Notes: generated from the letters alone by a model not told the origin. DNA of 62,650 bases, filler included, from Choristocarpus tenellus KU-1152 (GCA_964200185.2; 12 parts of 12 records of this genome joined end to end with filler, not necessarily neighbours in it); one strand, 5' to 3'. Counted from the first letter of the whole stretch, positions 27,601 to 41,223 are shown. Numbers and translations are program-made.

Positions 27601-27752
27601 CAGCTTTTGGAGCATTTGGATTGGCTGGAACAAATGCCTATTGATCGCTTCCATTGGATAGTTCCAGTAAGAGATTGATTATTAATACCCGAAAAAAGTT
27701 GTACAGAATTGATGTGGTACAATATCGTTTTTGTACCACTTGGTACAAAACC

Positions 27753-27866
27753 GGGAAATCAATCGTCGAATCGACTAATTAATCGTGGAATCGAGTAATT
27801 AATCGAGGTGAGCTGGGAAATCAATCGTGGAATCGAGTAATTAATCGTGGTGAGCTGGGAAATCAT
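27753..27866. repeat. 42-bp direct repeats built from AATCG motifs, next to a 10-bp perfect hairpin (27729-27750)
   Basis: GGGAAATCAATCGTGGAATCGAGTAATTAATCGTGGTGAGCT about 2.5 copies; TTTTGTACCA-CT-TGGTACAAAA. Confidence 0.85.
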
Positions 27867-28781
27867 TCATAAGCTTCATCGATAGGATGGAAACGATTAC
27901 GAGCNNNNNNNNNNNNNNNNNNNNNNNNNNNNNNNNNNNNNNNNNNNNTTAATTAATTAANNNNNNNNNNNNNNNNNNNNNNNNNNNNNNNNNNNNNNNN
28001 NNNNCTGCGGTGTGAATTCTGAAATATTCTGAAATATAGAACAATAATTTTATATTTGGTTAGAACCTGCGGTGTGAATTCTGAAATATTCTGAAATATA
28101 GAACAATAATAATACTAGTGCAGTATCCTGTGCTTTGAATAATGTGATGTCATGTTCCAAACTTATGTGCATGTTTTTGTATTTTCTGATGTGCGTGTTA
28201 TGGTGAAGGTTAGACCTACCCACAACAGTTGAATCTATCATTCAATAGGTATGATTTCATCCGCAGCTATCGATCGCATAATCATTTATTGTTGTTTGTG
28301 GTAACATTTCCTACAAAATTTTGAAGTGTACTTGAAAATGGTAGTAATAATAAGCTCACTGTTTTTTTTGCAGATTTTTTTTTTGCATTCATGAAGGTAG
28401 ATTTCTTTGAAAATTTTACTGCAGTGTGTGATCCAATCATCATATGTTACTCATTTAACACTAACAATGTTTTGATTTTTTTTAAATTGAAACAGAATGG
28501 GAAGGAGTAAGAATGTTGCTGTACACAATACAATCTTAAATTTACATGTTAATTATTTATAATTATATTTTGCACCTACAACGAACGCATCTGAGAGATA
28601 GATTGAAAAAATAGTTACTCTTGCAACATGTTTGGAGTGAGTGAACCTGTCTGTCGATGCATATGAGAACAACCATACGCTTCCATCTATCTTACATATA
28701 ACACCAAGGTCAAGGTCTTTAGAAAAGAAATAATATATATATATATATCATTTTTTTTGTTTTATTTTTGTCTTGGAACAG

Positions 28782-31166
28782 GTTTGGAAAGAGTCTCATC
28801 TCCCTTGGCTTTGCTCCCCATCGCTGCATCAACATCATTGGATTCAATTCCAAGGAGTGGTTTATTGCTAATAATGGAACCATTGCTGCGGGTGGCATTG
28901 CTGCTGGTATCTACACATCCAACCTCTCTGATGTGAGCTGCAGTGGTGGTACTGTTTATGTGTGTGTCTGTGTCTGTTTTCTTGGTATATATATATACAT
29001 ATATTTTTTTCTCTTGGCTATTTCTCTACTTACGGGTGGTTACATATTTATTTTATAATAAAATGGTTTTTGTATTTTTTGTATTTTTTTTCCTGTATCT
29101 CTGGTGGTACCATTTGATTTCTTTTGTTTTAATTCCAGGTGGTGAGTGTAGGATCAGTGTGGTTGGGTGCTTAGGGTTAGGGAAGAGCGAAGTCAACTAA
29201 CTCTTGAGGGCATTGGACCATTTATTTATTTGATACGTGTGAGTGTGTTTGATTTAAAAAGAAATGTGTCTGTTACATCCTTTGAAATCCTTTGAAAAGC
29301 GTGTCAAGGTGTGGACTCTCCATTTTTATTACATTTAAAATTCAAGTATGTTGTGGTGCTCAGAAAGGTCTCTTCTCTCTGCGTTCGTGAGGGTCCCGTC
29401 GCTTTTTTTTTTATTACGAGAGCAAGATATTCATGGTGATGGTGTTAGTTACAATGTAACACAAGTTTTCCTGTCAACTTTAGTCCTTACATTTGGATTT
29501 TAAAGTAAAGGTTCTAAATTATTTGATGAGATGAGGATTACGGGGAAATGTGTTGACATGGCTTGGTTGTCAAGAACAGAAGTTGTTTTTTTCAGGAATG
29601 CCTGCGAAGGTGGCGATAGTTGGATCCCATGTGAAGAGTGTTTGGTGCTAGGGTTAGGGCAGTGGGTAATACATGAACTTAAATTAGTGCAATCTGCTCA
29701 GAGGTGTTAGGGTTAGGGTTAGGGTTAGGGTTGTCACGGTACTGTTGAGAACGATTGTGTTGGTCTCTAAGATTATGGACTGGAGTTCCTACTGTGTAAG
29801 GCTTTTTGAGTGTACTGTTGTGATTATGTGTGTGGATTGTGACGGGTATTGCTGAGGCCTTGTGTAGTTGTGTAGTTGTGAAGTTGTATTTGTGTTTTTT
29901 TTGTTTTTGTGTGGTTTGTGGGATTAAGGATTAGGGTTAGGGTTAGGGTTAGGGTTAGTGGGTGCTATAGTTGTTGACTAAGCCGTAATATTAGTTGCAG
30001 GTAGATAGTTGGTTTTCTTGGAGACTGGTGGTCTTAGAAACATCCTGTGTTTGTAGCGGATGAATAAGAAATAAGTATAGATGTTATGGGTGTTGTTGAT
30101 TCACTTTGAAATGAATTATTTACGTATTAAAAGTAACACTTTTAGGTTCTCGTTCATTTAATATTTATGAATGACATTTACTGTTTAAATGTAATGTTTT
30201 TATTTCTTGCCCAGGCATGCAAGTACATCACAAATCACTCTGAAGCTGAAGTGGTAGTCTTGGATGGACCTGCACAACTCAACAAGTACATTCAGGTGAG
30301 GGAATTGAGAACTAGGTGGTGATGGGTTTTTTTAGTATTATCTTTCCTGAACCATATATTTTCTTTATTATTCTCTGTAATGTGTATTGTGGTATGATCT
30401 TAGTTCTTTTTAGAATGATGGGTTTGCTTAACCACGATGGGTTTTTTTTGCCAATGCATTGTTGAGCACAATGAGGTTCAAGTCCTGCACAGCTCAACCA
30501 GTATCTCCAGTTAAGGTGTGAGATATAAAAATAAAACACTTCCAAATTTATTTTGTTTTCAAAGGAATGTCCTCCCCTAACCCTAAGTGTAAGGTGCAAT
30601 TTATCCTGTTAATCTCGACATGGAGAGTTAGGGTAACCATTGAGAGGAACATTATTTAGACAAAGAGAATTCATTTCCCAACTCTTTGACATTTTTTCTT
30701 TCAAGAGTTGGGTTTTTTTGTCTTTTTTTGTGTTGCTTAAACATGTTTAGAAAATGCATATTTTAGATCCTCTGGTTGGTGCTATTTTTTTCTTTTTTGA
30801 TGTTCGATTGAGGAGATCACCTGCAAAGAGATAGCCGTTGTCAAACCCTAACCCTTTTTTTCACCATTTTAATGTGTCTCTTTACATTGTTCAGCCCATT
30901 TCACAATTATGTAAGAATAAAAAAGAAAGCATATTCATTTTTTGATTACATCTTGATCCTCTCTCTTATTTTGTGTTAATTCTATCAACATATATATATA
31001 TACGTGTGTGTGTGTTTTTTTAATTTGTTTTATGTACATAATTTGCTTTTCTTCTCAGGTGGCAGGGGAGTTGAAGTCTTGTAAGGCGTTGGTGATGTAC
31101 AATGGAACGGTTCCCGAGGGGACTACCTGCAGCATTCCCATTTACACCTTTGAAGACTTCATGGAG
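28782..31166 (+). CDS. ACSBG: Long-chain fatty acid-CoA ligase, bubblegum (ACSBG) type, partial, 3 exons
   Basis: Exons 28782-28932 (FGKSLISLGFAPHRCINIIGFNSKEWFIANNGTIAAGGIAAGIYTSN), 30215-30295 (ACKYITNHSEAEVVVLDG...QLNKY), 31059-31166; GFNSxEW and GIYTxN..AC.YI..HS are ACSBG N-terminal signatures; phases consistent. Confidence 0.88.
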
Positions 31167-31646
31167 GCAAGTACAAACATGCACCTGTAAACATGCATGC
31201 GAATGAATGACCCCAAGGGTTTCACACAACAATATAGGAGTGAAACTGTTGTCTCAGAGGGGGGTTGATTGTGGCTGTTGAGGGTCTTGGAAGGTCGTTA
31301 TATGGTGTGTGCATACCATGACCCTGCTTGAAAGGCAGGTAGTTAGTTAGACCTAACCCTCTGAAGTGTGTGGATTTAGAGGAGATTGGCTAGGTGTAAG
31401 GATATTGTTGGTCTAATGCACCCTCCACAAACAGTTACAGAAACAGTGATAAGGGCGTGTGACGTAAGAAGGATTACATGTTTTTTTGTGATTGATGTTG
31501 TCATCAGACAAGGTGTTGGAATCGATCAGATAAGATGTAGTGAATAGTTTTTTGAGGGCTAGTTCTGGATGGACACCAAAATGTATCCCACAAGTTTTTT
31601 AGGAGTAACAAGGTGGTTGAAGGAACCCTTGGAAATATATCGATCA

Positions 31647-31671
31647 GGGTCAAAGTATCTGGGGGGGGGGA
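31647..31671. mobile_element. MITE left terminus at contig end
   Basis: GGGTCAAAGTATCT followed by poly-G, then the contig breaks. Confidence 0.7.
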
Positions 31672-31848
31672 NNNNNNNNNNNNNNNNNNNNNNNNNNNNN
31701 NNNNNNNNNNNNNNNTTAATTAATTAANNNNNNNNNNNNNNNNNNNNNNNNNNNNNNNNNNNNNNNNNNNNTTTTTTTTTTTTACCCCTCTGTCCTCCCC
31801 CGCCCCCCACCCTCCCCCCTCCCCCCCCCCTCTCCCCCTTGGCTCCCT

Positions 31849-31879
<31 letters not shown>

Positions 31880-31927
31880 CTCCCCCCTGTGTCAAAACTG
31901 CACTGTTGTTGTTTTTTTATTGGGCAG

Positions 31928-33737
31928 AATGATGTTCAGGCCATGGCCCGATGTCACCGGATAGGACAGACCAAGAGCGTCATGGTTTATCGACTTATCA
32001 CTAGAGACTGGTGGGTATCTGTCCTCATCCCTCATCCCTCATCCACGTCTTGTTGATTCAATGTGTTGTCTCTGCTGCTGTGTTCGACAGTAGTGTGATT
32101 TTGTAATTTTTTTTTTCTGGTATTTGAATTTATTTTCATGGGTGGCGATTGTTACCGTGATTATCAGAACAATTTATTTTTTCTTCTTTTTCTTGTATTA
32201 TGATATGCTTTTACCTTGACCATTACATAATCATTATTAGTATTTTGATTAGGGTTAGGGTTAGGGTTAGGGTTAGGAATCCCGAAGAGAGGTTACGTTG
32301 AGAACTTTCTTGTGTAGCAAAGGAGACAGGAATGGAGACTATGAACCACAAGGCACCCCCAATTATCTCTCTCTTTCTCTCTCCCTACTCTATTCTGTGT
32401 AGGCCACCATACTATTGGTACATGGAGTATAGTTCTGACATATACTATCCTGTGCCCATAGAGTTGGTACCCTAGCCCTAATGTCACCACAGCGGGAGAG
32501 GCACTAGGTGTATTGTATTGTTGTGTACCTGTTTTATTTAATTTTAAAAAAATGTGATATATTTCAGCAAGAGTTTTTTTTTTTTATTTAAAATGCCCAT
32601 GAATAACCGTGTGCGTAAGTTTTGACTCTTGACTTTTGACTCTTGACTCTTGACTCATAGAGATGTACAGGTATATATATATACATATATTTTTTTGTGT
32701 GTGTTTGACGTGTATCGATGCTGTTTATGTTTATGTTTGTGTTTGTGTTTGTTTTTCTATCAGTTTTGAATCAGAGATGTTTGATCGGGCATCAAAAAAG
32801 CTAGGACTTGAGCAGGCAGTTCTTGGAGACCCCGGGGGGCTTCTGAAGACCAAGGATATGGAGGATCTCCTAAAGAAGGGGGCGTATGCTCTCACACAAA
32901 TGGATGACAACAAGGCCATGAGGTGCTTCTTCATGCCTGCCATACACCCTTTGTTGTAGCTGTTCTCACTGATTCGTCATTGTACAATACCTGTACTGTC
33001 TTCAACTTGGACTTCTTTCCCTCTCCCCCCCCCACACACACAAACACCTATGTGGTTGTGTCTCCTGCTACCCTTGCTGTTAGAGGTACTGTAGTCCATG
33101 AATGTCACTCAAATGTACAAGGTGCACTCAATGTTCTACCACTCAAGCATGAAAGTATATAGATAGGTGTGCTGTACTCTAGGTGTTGGTAGTGCCTTTT
33201 ATTGTTTTTGCCTGGCTTGCTCCATCATGGCGCAAATCTTACGAATGGAACATGCATAGATACATTGATATATATATTGATGTGCAAGCATGACTACATG
33301 TAACCCTACCCCCAATCCTAACAACAATACTTATTTATGAAGGATCATCTTGACAAAGAGAGCTCTATCATGTCTATCTCCTCTCGGTATATATTTGTAT
33401 TTATATTTATATTTATATTTATATTTTTTAAATCTGTATCTGTTGACTTTTTGACTGACACGCCTTACAGGGAGTTCCAGGAGATGGATATTGAGCGGAT
33501 TCTTGAACGCAAGTCTCGTGTGATTGTGGAAGAGACCCCCACCAAGGTATGTATCTATGCATCACTTTTTGTATTTGTGTGTATCTATGCTACTACTGTA
33601 TCGATGTCCTTTGCACTGAAGTGCGACTGCTGAGGTTGAGGAGAAAAAATAAAATAAAAAAAATATATTGATTATGTGTATTTTAATTTGGTAGGCGCTG
33701 TGCAGTCGATGGGCAAGGCAAGGCGAGTAGCGTGTCG

Positions 33738-33786
<49 letters not shown>

Positions 33787-35849
33787 GTGTTGTGTGTTGT
33801 GTGACTTTTGGCGAAAGTATTAAAAAAAAATGTAATTTAAAAAACATTTTCAAATTTTTGTGTTTTTTTTTTCATGTGGGTTTATATAATGAGGGTACGA
33901 TTTTGTTAATGTATAGCTTAGATCATTTTTTCTAAAGAAAAATACGCTGAAAAATAGATAATAAATAAAATGATTTTTTGTTTGTTTGTTTGTTTGTTTG
34001 GATGTCCTTACTCCTATAACCACATTCCCTGCAATGTTTTGTATTTAATATATTATTTTATATGTTTTTTAATATGTTTTTTGGAAGGGACTTACATCGA
34101 TCGCTCTCGTTATTGTGTGGGATTGTGGTTGTATTGATTGATTTACCCCGCCAGATGGAGTTCCATAAGGAGGTAAAAGGCGATCTTGTTTGAGGAGTGA
34201 TGTCTTGGTTGTTTGGTACAGTAACGGTTTGAAGATAGTCATTGCCAGTCAGAGGTAATTTAGCTTTGGAAAGTCCATTTGTTTATACTATTTTGTTGGC
34301 AGTTTTTTTTGTTCTTTCCCAAATATATCTTGATACGTTTATTGTTTTTTGTTTTTTTTACTTAGTAGAATCATTGTGAGTTGTGACGCCGTACTCCTTT
34401 AGTCTTGTTACTATTTTCCTTGCCTCAGAGTAAAATTTACTTATTTTTTTTGTTCAGTATATTTAAAGGTACGTCTCAGTATCTTTAAAGGTTACAACTT
34501 AGCACGCGTTTTTCCATTAATAACTTTTTTTTTCATTTTTTTTTTCTTAAATTGTTTGAGAAAAAAAAAATTGAGTAGAAATTCATAACGAATACCTTTT
34601 TATTTTTTTTTTTATTTTCTATTGTTGGAGTTTTTTTTGTGAGTTTTTTAAAAGTAGAATTGTACGTAACGTGAATATTCTTTTTTTCTCACTTCTTTGT
34701 TTTTAATTTTATTTTTGTTTTGATTTTCTCACTGCAACAAAGGGTATTGCTGATGACAGTGACGGAGAGGATGATAATGGAATTGAGAGTGGGGATGGAG
34801 GAGATAACAATGGCGAAGGGTGAGACCAACTGCAATGGAAGGAGAACATTGGTTCAGTTTGTATTATTATTATTATTGTTATTGTTATTGAAGGCATTAG
34901 TTCGGTTCATATTATTATTACAGTTATTTAAAGCATTAGTTAAGTTCACATTATTATTGGTATTGTTATCTAAAGCATTAATTCAGTTCATATCATTGTT
35001 GAGTTTTTTTAAACATCAGTTCAGTTCACATTATTATTATTATTATTATTATTTAAAACATTAATTCAGTTCATATTATTGTTGAGTTTTTTAAAACATC
35101 AGTTCAGTTCATATTATTATTATTATTATATTTGTGTGTGGATAGATCTGACAGACCACGACCAAGCTAACAAGTAGTGGAGTATGGTTTGCACAAGCAA
35201 GTTTATGTATTTATTTTTTCTGAATGATAGTGTTCGTCATTTTACATTTTTGTATTTTTATTTCATGTATGGAAGCAGCAACCAGGTCGGGGGTGTACTT
35301 GCTTTGGGTTAGGGTTAGGGTTAGTTACCCCAAAAAATTAATTATTTTCAATTATGTTGGGTTCGGTTAGGGTTAGCGCCCACTCAGTTTTTTGACAATT
35401 TCTCAAGTCTGTGGTTGTTGGAGTATATTTTTTATTATTTTTTGCTTCCTTGTGATTTTTTTTTTGTAAGTACCTAATTTATATATACGTTTTGTGGGAA
35501 GATGTGGAATGAAATTCTTGTGCATGCTGAGATGTGTCCTGTGTGGTGGTTGGTACTAAACTAAAAGTACATAGGTATTCCATTAATATTTTTACACACA
35601 CGTAGATCTTACCTTCATTGACTTCTACAACGCCTACAAAACGTAAGCACAATTTTTTTTTTTAATAATCCAAGTGCGATAATTGATACATACACACCTA
35701 ACCTCTCCTTTGGTGTATGATTGGTCTATTTCTTTGGGATGGTGTGACCAAGGCCGGGAGGGCCTGCTCATCACAAGGTGACATGGAGGAGTTTTGGTGA
35801 CAATACCAACAGTGGACCCTCCCTTGAGGACCCAGACTTTTGGAGGAAG
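31928..35849 (+). CDS. CHD-family (CHD6-9/Kismet-like) SNF2 chromatin remodeller, partial, 5 exons
   Basis: Exons 31928-32010 ([26 protein letters not shown], helicase motif VI), 32764-32922 ([20 protein letters not shown]...EDLLKKGAY), 33471-33546 ([15 protein letters not shown]), 34743-34819 (acidic linker), 35753-35849 (LEDPDFWRK); phases 2,2,0,2 consistent. Confidence 0.92.
34850..35130. repeat. Intronic degenerate minisatellite (CATTAGTTCAGTTCATATTATT...)
   Basis: About 7 variable-length units with a shared GTTCAGTTCA(T/C)ATTATT core. Confidence 0.8.
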
Positions 35850-36343
35850 GTACGTCTGTTTAATTGATTTACTTATTTTATTTTATTACGGTGTGTGTGT
35901 GTGTGTTTTTTTTTTTGTAAGTGTTAATGAGGGATACATATATATATCTATATATGATGATGATGAATGATCGTGAAGTCTAAGTATATATTTTTGTCTT
36001 CTTTAATTGAGTTGATGTTATAGATAGCAGAATCAAAATCATTTAGGGTTAAAAGTTATTTTTGTTGTTTTTCTATGAAGAAGAGATCAAGGGTTAAAGT
36101 TTTGGATTATTTTGAGTACCCTAATTCTGTCTGTATGATAAGAAGTGTCGTTGGGAACGCTCTATTGTACTAGGGGGGGGTATTGTATTGTACTAGGGGG
36201 GGGGGGGGTGTAGGGAATGTGTTGGCTCCCTGACGTTGGTTGGNNNNNNNNNNNNNNNNNNNNNNNNNNNNNNNNNNNNNNNNNNNNTTAATTAATTAAN
36301 NNNNNNNNNNNNNNNNNNNNNNNNNNNNNNNNNNNNNNNNNNN

Positions 36344-36411
36344 AACAAAAAAAGTTTGATCTAAACAGACGCCCCCTCACACCCCCCCCCCCCATCCAGA
36401 TACTTTGACCC
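36344..36411. mobile_element. MITE subfamily C terminus at contig start
   Basis: Ends GATACTTTGACCC; reverse-homologous to 12844-12915. Confidence 0.75.
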
Positions 36412-36750
36412 CTGTAAATATTTTATTTTTATTGTGTGCTATGGTTGTGTGTGTTTATTGTATATATATTTTTTTTAATTGTTATTATTTTTTAATAATA
36501 AAAATCGATGTTCGCTATTATTGCTATTGCGATTACCACTACTACTATGTGATGTTATATTTATTTAATTGAAAATGATAAGAGTGATGATGGTAAGCAT
36601 CCTCTTCACCTCTATCTATCTCTCATGTCTGGTCTTCTCTTTCACTAAACCTGTTAGTACTTTTCATTGTGATTGGGGTGTCAGCCCTAACCCTACCCTA
36701 TGATTCCCCTGTTGCACCTGTTCCTGCTGCTGTGCCTCTCCCCTTCTTAG

Positions 36751-37404
36751 GCCATCGCCTTAGAGTGTGGCATCTACTCTCCCGGGGTTGGCCTGGCTAT
36801 GGAGGGACCCAAGTTCCGTAAGATGACGCCTGCTCAGGTGGATCAGATTCTGCCTCGACTGCAGGTGAAGAGAGCTATGGTGTTGTATAATTAAATTGTT
36901 TTTATTATTTTTATTATTAGTAGTAGTATTAGTGGTATTTTATTATTATTATAGTTTGTTGTATTTATTTTTATTAATATATTATTAGTAGTAGTTTTTC
37001 TTGAGAGATACAGATGATACTATCTAGGAGGTTTGAATTTTGTTTATTATTATTATTATTATTACTTTTATTATTATTATTATTATTTTATGACCAATGG
37101 CTGTGCCGCAAGCTGTCCACATAAACACGCCTGACCAAGGTTTTTAATTTTAATTTTTATTATTAATTAGTTTTTTTTTAATCATTGGTTGTAATCTAAT
37201 GAAAATGTGATCTGATTCTGTTTTGGGTTTTAATCTAATGAAAATGGTTCGTGATCTGTTTTGGGGTGACTTACGATAGCGTCTTGTGAGATAGATTACT
37301 GAGATACAAAAGAATTGTCTCTGACCTTTATTTGGTGCTTCTCAAGTAGCAATCCGTAGCCTTAGCCCTAGCTAATCCTGGCGAATGTGGGTATGAAAAA
37401 TAAC

Positions 37405-37443
<39 letters not shown>

Positions 37444-38083
37444 TTTTTTTTAGTCGCACACTTGATTGGCTTGTATTGTGTTCTTTATTGTGTATGATTA
37501 TTAAGTGTATATACATTCATTTCTCTTATCGTTGGGTTGGGGTTAGGGTTAGGGTTACTGACTGTGTGTGCATTTCTATATTTTTTTGCTTTTGCCACTG
37601 GAAAAAAAGAAGAATGGTGGGGCTCAAAGTATGTTGAAAAAAAGAAGAACGATGGGGTGGTTGGGTGGGTGGGTGGGGGGGAGTCTACACCAGGGTGTCC
37701 ATTTGGGACCTGACCAGGAAAAGTGAACTTACATTATTCATCTGATGCATGCAAACAAATTCACCCAAAAATGGCGACATGGAAAAAGGGACTTGAAGTG
37801 GACAGCCGCCGCTGCCTCCCCCCCTCCATGATACTTTGAGCCAGGGGCAGGGGGGAGGGGATTGTTGATAGATCCTGATATGATGAGTGAAGTGTTGGAT
37901 GGGAGTGTGATGGTGTGATGGTGTAATTCATGACACAATTAATGGGTAGAGTCTAAGACTGATCAATGAGTTTTTCCTCATGGTAAGGGTTGAGGTGGAG
38001 TGTCATGTCCAATTTGTGATTGGTACAGGGGAAGATTGACTCTTTTATTCTTAGAATCTGTTTCCGTACCCGCCTTCCATTCA

Positions 38084-38129
<46 letters not shown>

Positions 38130-41077
38130 ACCAAAAAAACAAAAAAAAAAAACGAAAAAAAAATTAAAAAAAAAAAAAAAANNNNNNNNNNTTTCCGTCC
38201 CCGCCTTCCATTCATGCCCCCCCGCCCCCCCCCACCCCCCCACCCCCTTCTCTAAAATGAAATGAAATGGTCAGAATGGAACTGAATTAAATTCAAAAAT
38301 GAGATGAAAACTGGAATGGAATGAATATAAATTAATAATGAGGTGAAAAATGGAATGGAATAAATTTATATGAAAAAATGGACATGAAAAAATAAGTTGA
38401 AAAGTGGGGAATGAAATTACTACAAAGTGAAGATGAAAATGACAATTAAATTAAAAATAAGATGAAAAATTGAACTGAAATGAACTGAATTGATACAAAC
38501 TCAAATGAGTTGAATTGAATTGAATTGAAATGAACTCAAATGAATTGAACTGAATTGAATTGAAATTAACTGAATCGATACAAACTCAAATGAATTGAAC
38601 TGAATTGAACTGAAGGTGCTGGCGAGGTCCTCCCCGGATGACAAGTATCTCCTAGTGACTCGGCTCAACGGCAGTTCACTACCCAGGACTCAGGAGGCTT
38701 GGGAGGAGATGCACCCAGAGCTTGATTGGGATGCCGATAGAGATCTCACACTGCCAGGATACTGGGATGAGGTGTGTGGATGAAGGGGAGGGGGCGAGGG
38801 GGAGGGGGCATGCTCTCCGGGAGAAGAACTGTGTGTCACAATCTGAATACAATACTAAATATATATTGTATTGTATATATAGTACTGTATATATAGATTT
38901 GTATATATAGTATTGTATATATAGTACTGTATATATAGTATTGTATATATAGTACTGTATATATATTTAGTATTGTATATATAGTACTGTATATATATTT
39001 AGTATTGTATATATATAGATTTGTATATATAGTATTGTATATATAGTATTGTATATTTAGTATTGTATATATAGTACTGTATATGTATAGTATTGTATAT
39101 ATAGTACTGTATATATAGTATTGTATATATATTTAGTATTGTATATATAGATTTGTATATATAGTATTGTATATATAGTACTGTATATATAGATTTGTAT
39201 ATGTATAGTATTGTATATATAGTACTGTATATATAGTATTGTATATATATTTAGTATTGTATATATAGTACTGTATATATATAGTATTGTATATATAGTA
39301 TTGTATATATAGTATTGTATATATATAGTATTGATTTTTTTTTGCTGAGGGGTCGGATGTGATGTCCGTTTTTGTTATGAAAAAAGAAACAATTTATGTC
39401 CTGTCCCATCAGTTGTCGGTATTTCTGTGATGTGGTCACTTGTCACCGTACTCGAAATATTTATTGTTGTTATTGATGTTGTTGGAACGGTTTGTGGTAG
39501 AGTGAAAATATTTCTATTATTTATTTATTGTTTTCATATTTTTGGAGCACTTTTGGTGCTTGTATGAATGGATGATCTTATTTTATTGTTCTTAGATTTT
39601 TGGAGCGCTCCGTGCTTGAGTCAACGGATTATTTTATTATTCTTAGGTCTTCGGAAGGGTTTGTGATTGGGTGAAAATATTATTTTATTTATTGTTCTTA
39701 GATTTTTTAGAAAGCCGTTTTTGATTGTGATTATGTTTTTAGTAGCCGGCAGCTTGCGTATTCAGCGTTTTGATTATTAACATCTCCACTTTTGGTGAAG
39801 GGTTAGGGTTAGTTGACTGATTTTTTCTCGATACGAATTACTGTGTTGTGGGTTAAAGGTTAGGGTTAGGGTTAGGGTTAAATTGAGTTAATTGGTTGGT
39901 TAGATCTTTAGGGTTGGTGTGATGAGATTGGATAGATCATGCCCGTACACTTTGAAAATAAAAATAGGGTGACTAAACTCAAAGGTACAGATTTTTCCAA
40001 TATATATATACATGATTCAACAACTCCATATTTCTTTGGTAAATTATCTCCTTACCAATATATTTTAGTGAGTTCTGCCAGCTAAATGTTTCTTCAACTG
40101 TGTGTATCAGAAGTAGATTTCTTATGGAGTAGCCTCGATTGGGAATGTTTGGCGCATGCAAGGGATGTATATATATATATATATATATACATATACACAC
40201 ATCAAGTACTGTTTGTAACAAGAAATTAAATTTAAGGGATGAGGAGAACCTGCATTATTAAAACACCGTCAGTACTAATATTAGTACTAATTAACTTTAA
40301 TAGTGATGAGAGTCGAGACAGTTTGGTCGACTTCAAGTAGAGGATGTTTTGATTTCGGTCAGGACAGAATTTTCTTTGTAAGAAGTAGTATGATCTATAC
40401 CCACATTCTATTTTCTTTTTTATCGTATTAGTACCTGTGCTTCCTTGGTATGTAAGAAGTAGTAGGATCGATACCCACATTATTGATTTCTTTTTTCGAG
40501 GGTCAATACCTTTGCTTCCTTATTGTGTAAGAAGTAGGAGGGAGGACCAATGCCCACTTTTCCTTTTCTTTTTTAGATCATCAACACCTGTGCTCCCTTA
40601 GCATGTAAGAAATAGTAGGATCGATACCCACATTGTCCATTTTTTTTGTATCAATACCTGTGTTCCCTTAGCATGTAAGAAATAGTAGGATCGATACCCA
40701 CATTGTCCATTTTTTTTGTATCAATACCTGTGTTCCCTTAGCATGTAAGAAATAGTAGGATCGATACCCACATTGTCCATTTTTTTTGTATCAATACCTG
40801 TGTTCCCACCACCCTTCATGCAACCCCGTACGCTATACATAATATATGTATGTGTATGTATAAATAATATATTCATATGTATGCACCAGTGGATAGCCAG
40901 TCGACCAGATGGAGGGGAGGTTGTGGGTGCGACTGGGGATGGGACTAATGATGCCCCTGCCCTAAAGACAGCTGATGTGGGTTTGAGTATGGGGTTGAGT
41001 GGAACGGATGTTGCAAAGGATGCCTCAGATATTGGTGAGTCACCGTTGTGGTTGTGTTCTCTTTCTTTCTCACTTTC

Positions 41078-41120
<43 letters not shown>

Positions 41121-41191
41121 CTCTCTTTTCTTTCTTTTTTCTTTTTTCTTTTATTCTCTTTCTCTCTCTCTTTTCTTTCTTTCTCTTTCTA

Positions 41192-41223
<32 letters not shown>

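Noticed and set aside
28005-28110. 44-bp exact direct repeat at contig start
   Set aside because: Located at a contig edge; cannot be distinguished from an assembly overlap.
38061-38240. Duplicated TTTCCGTxCCCGCCTTCCATTCATGCCCC around a 10-N gap; similar cases at 11350-11530 and 15000-15150; poly-Pro and poly-Gly ORFs
   Set aside because: Scaffolding artefacts where reads degrade in poly-C/poly-G tracts; homopolymer lengths are unreliable.
40581-40807. CRISPR-like appearance of the 70-bp, 57-bp and 42-bp arrays
   Set aside because: Units are contiguous tandem copies with no unique spacers, and there are no cas genes in this eukaryotic intronic context.
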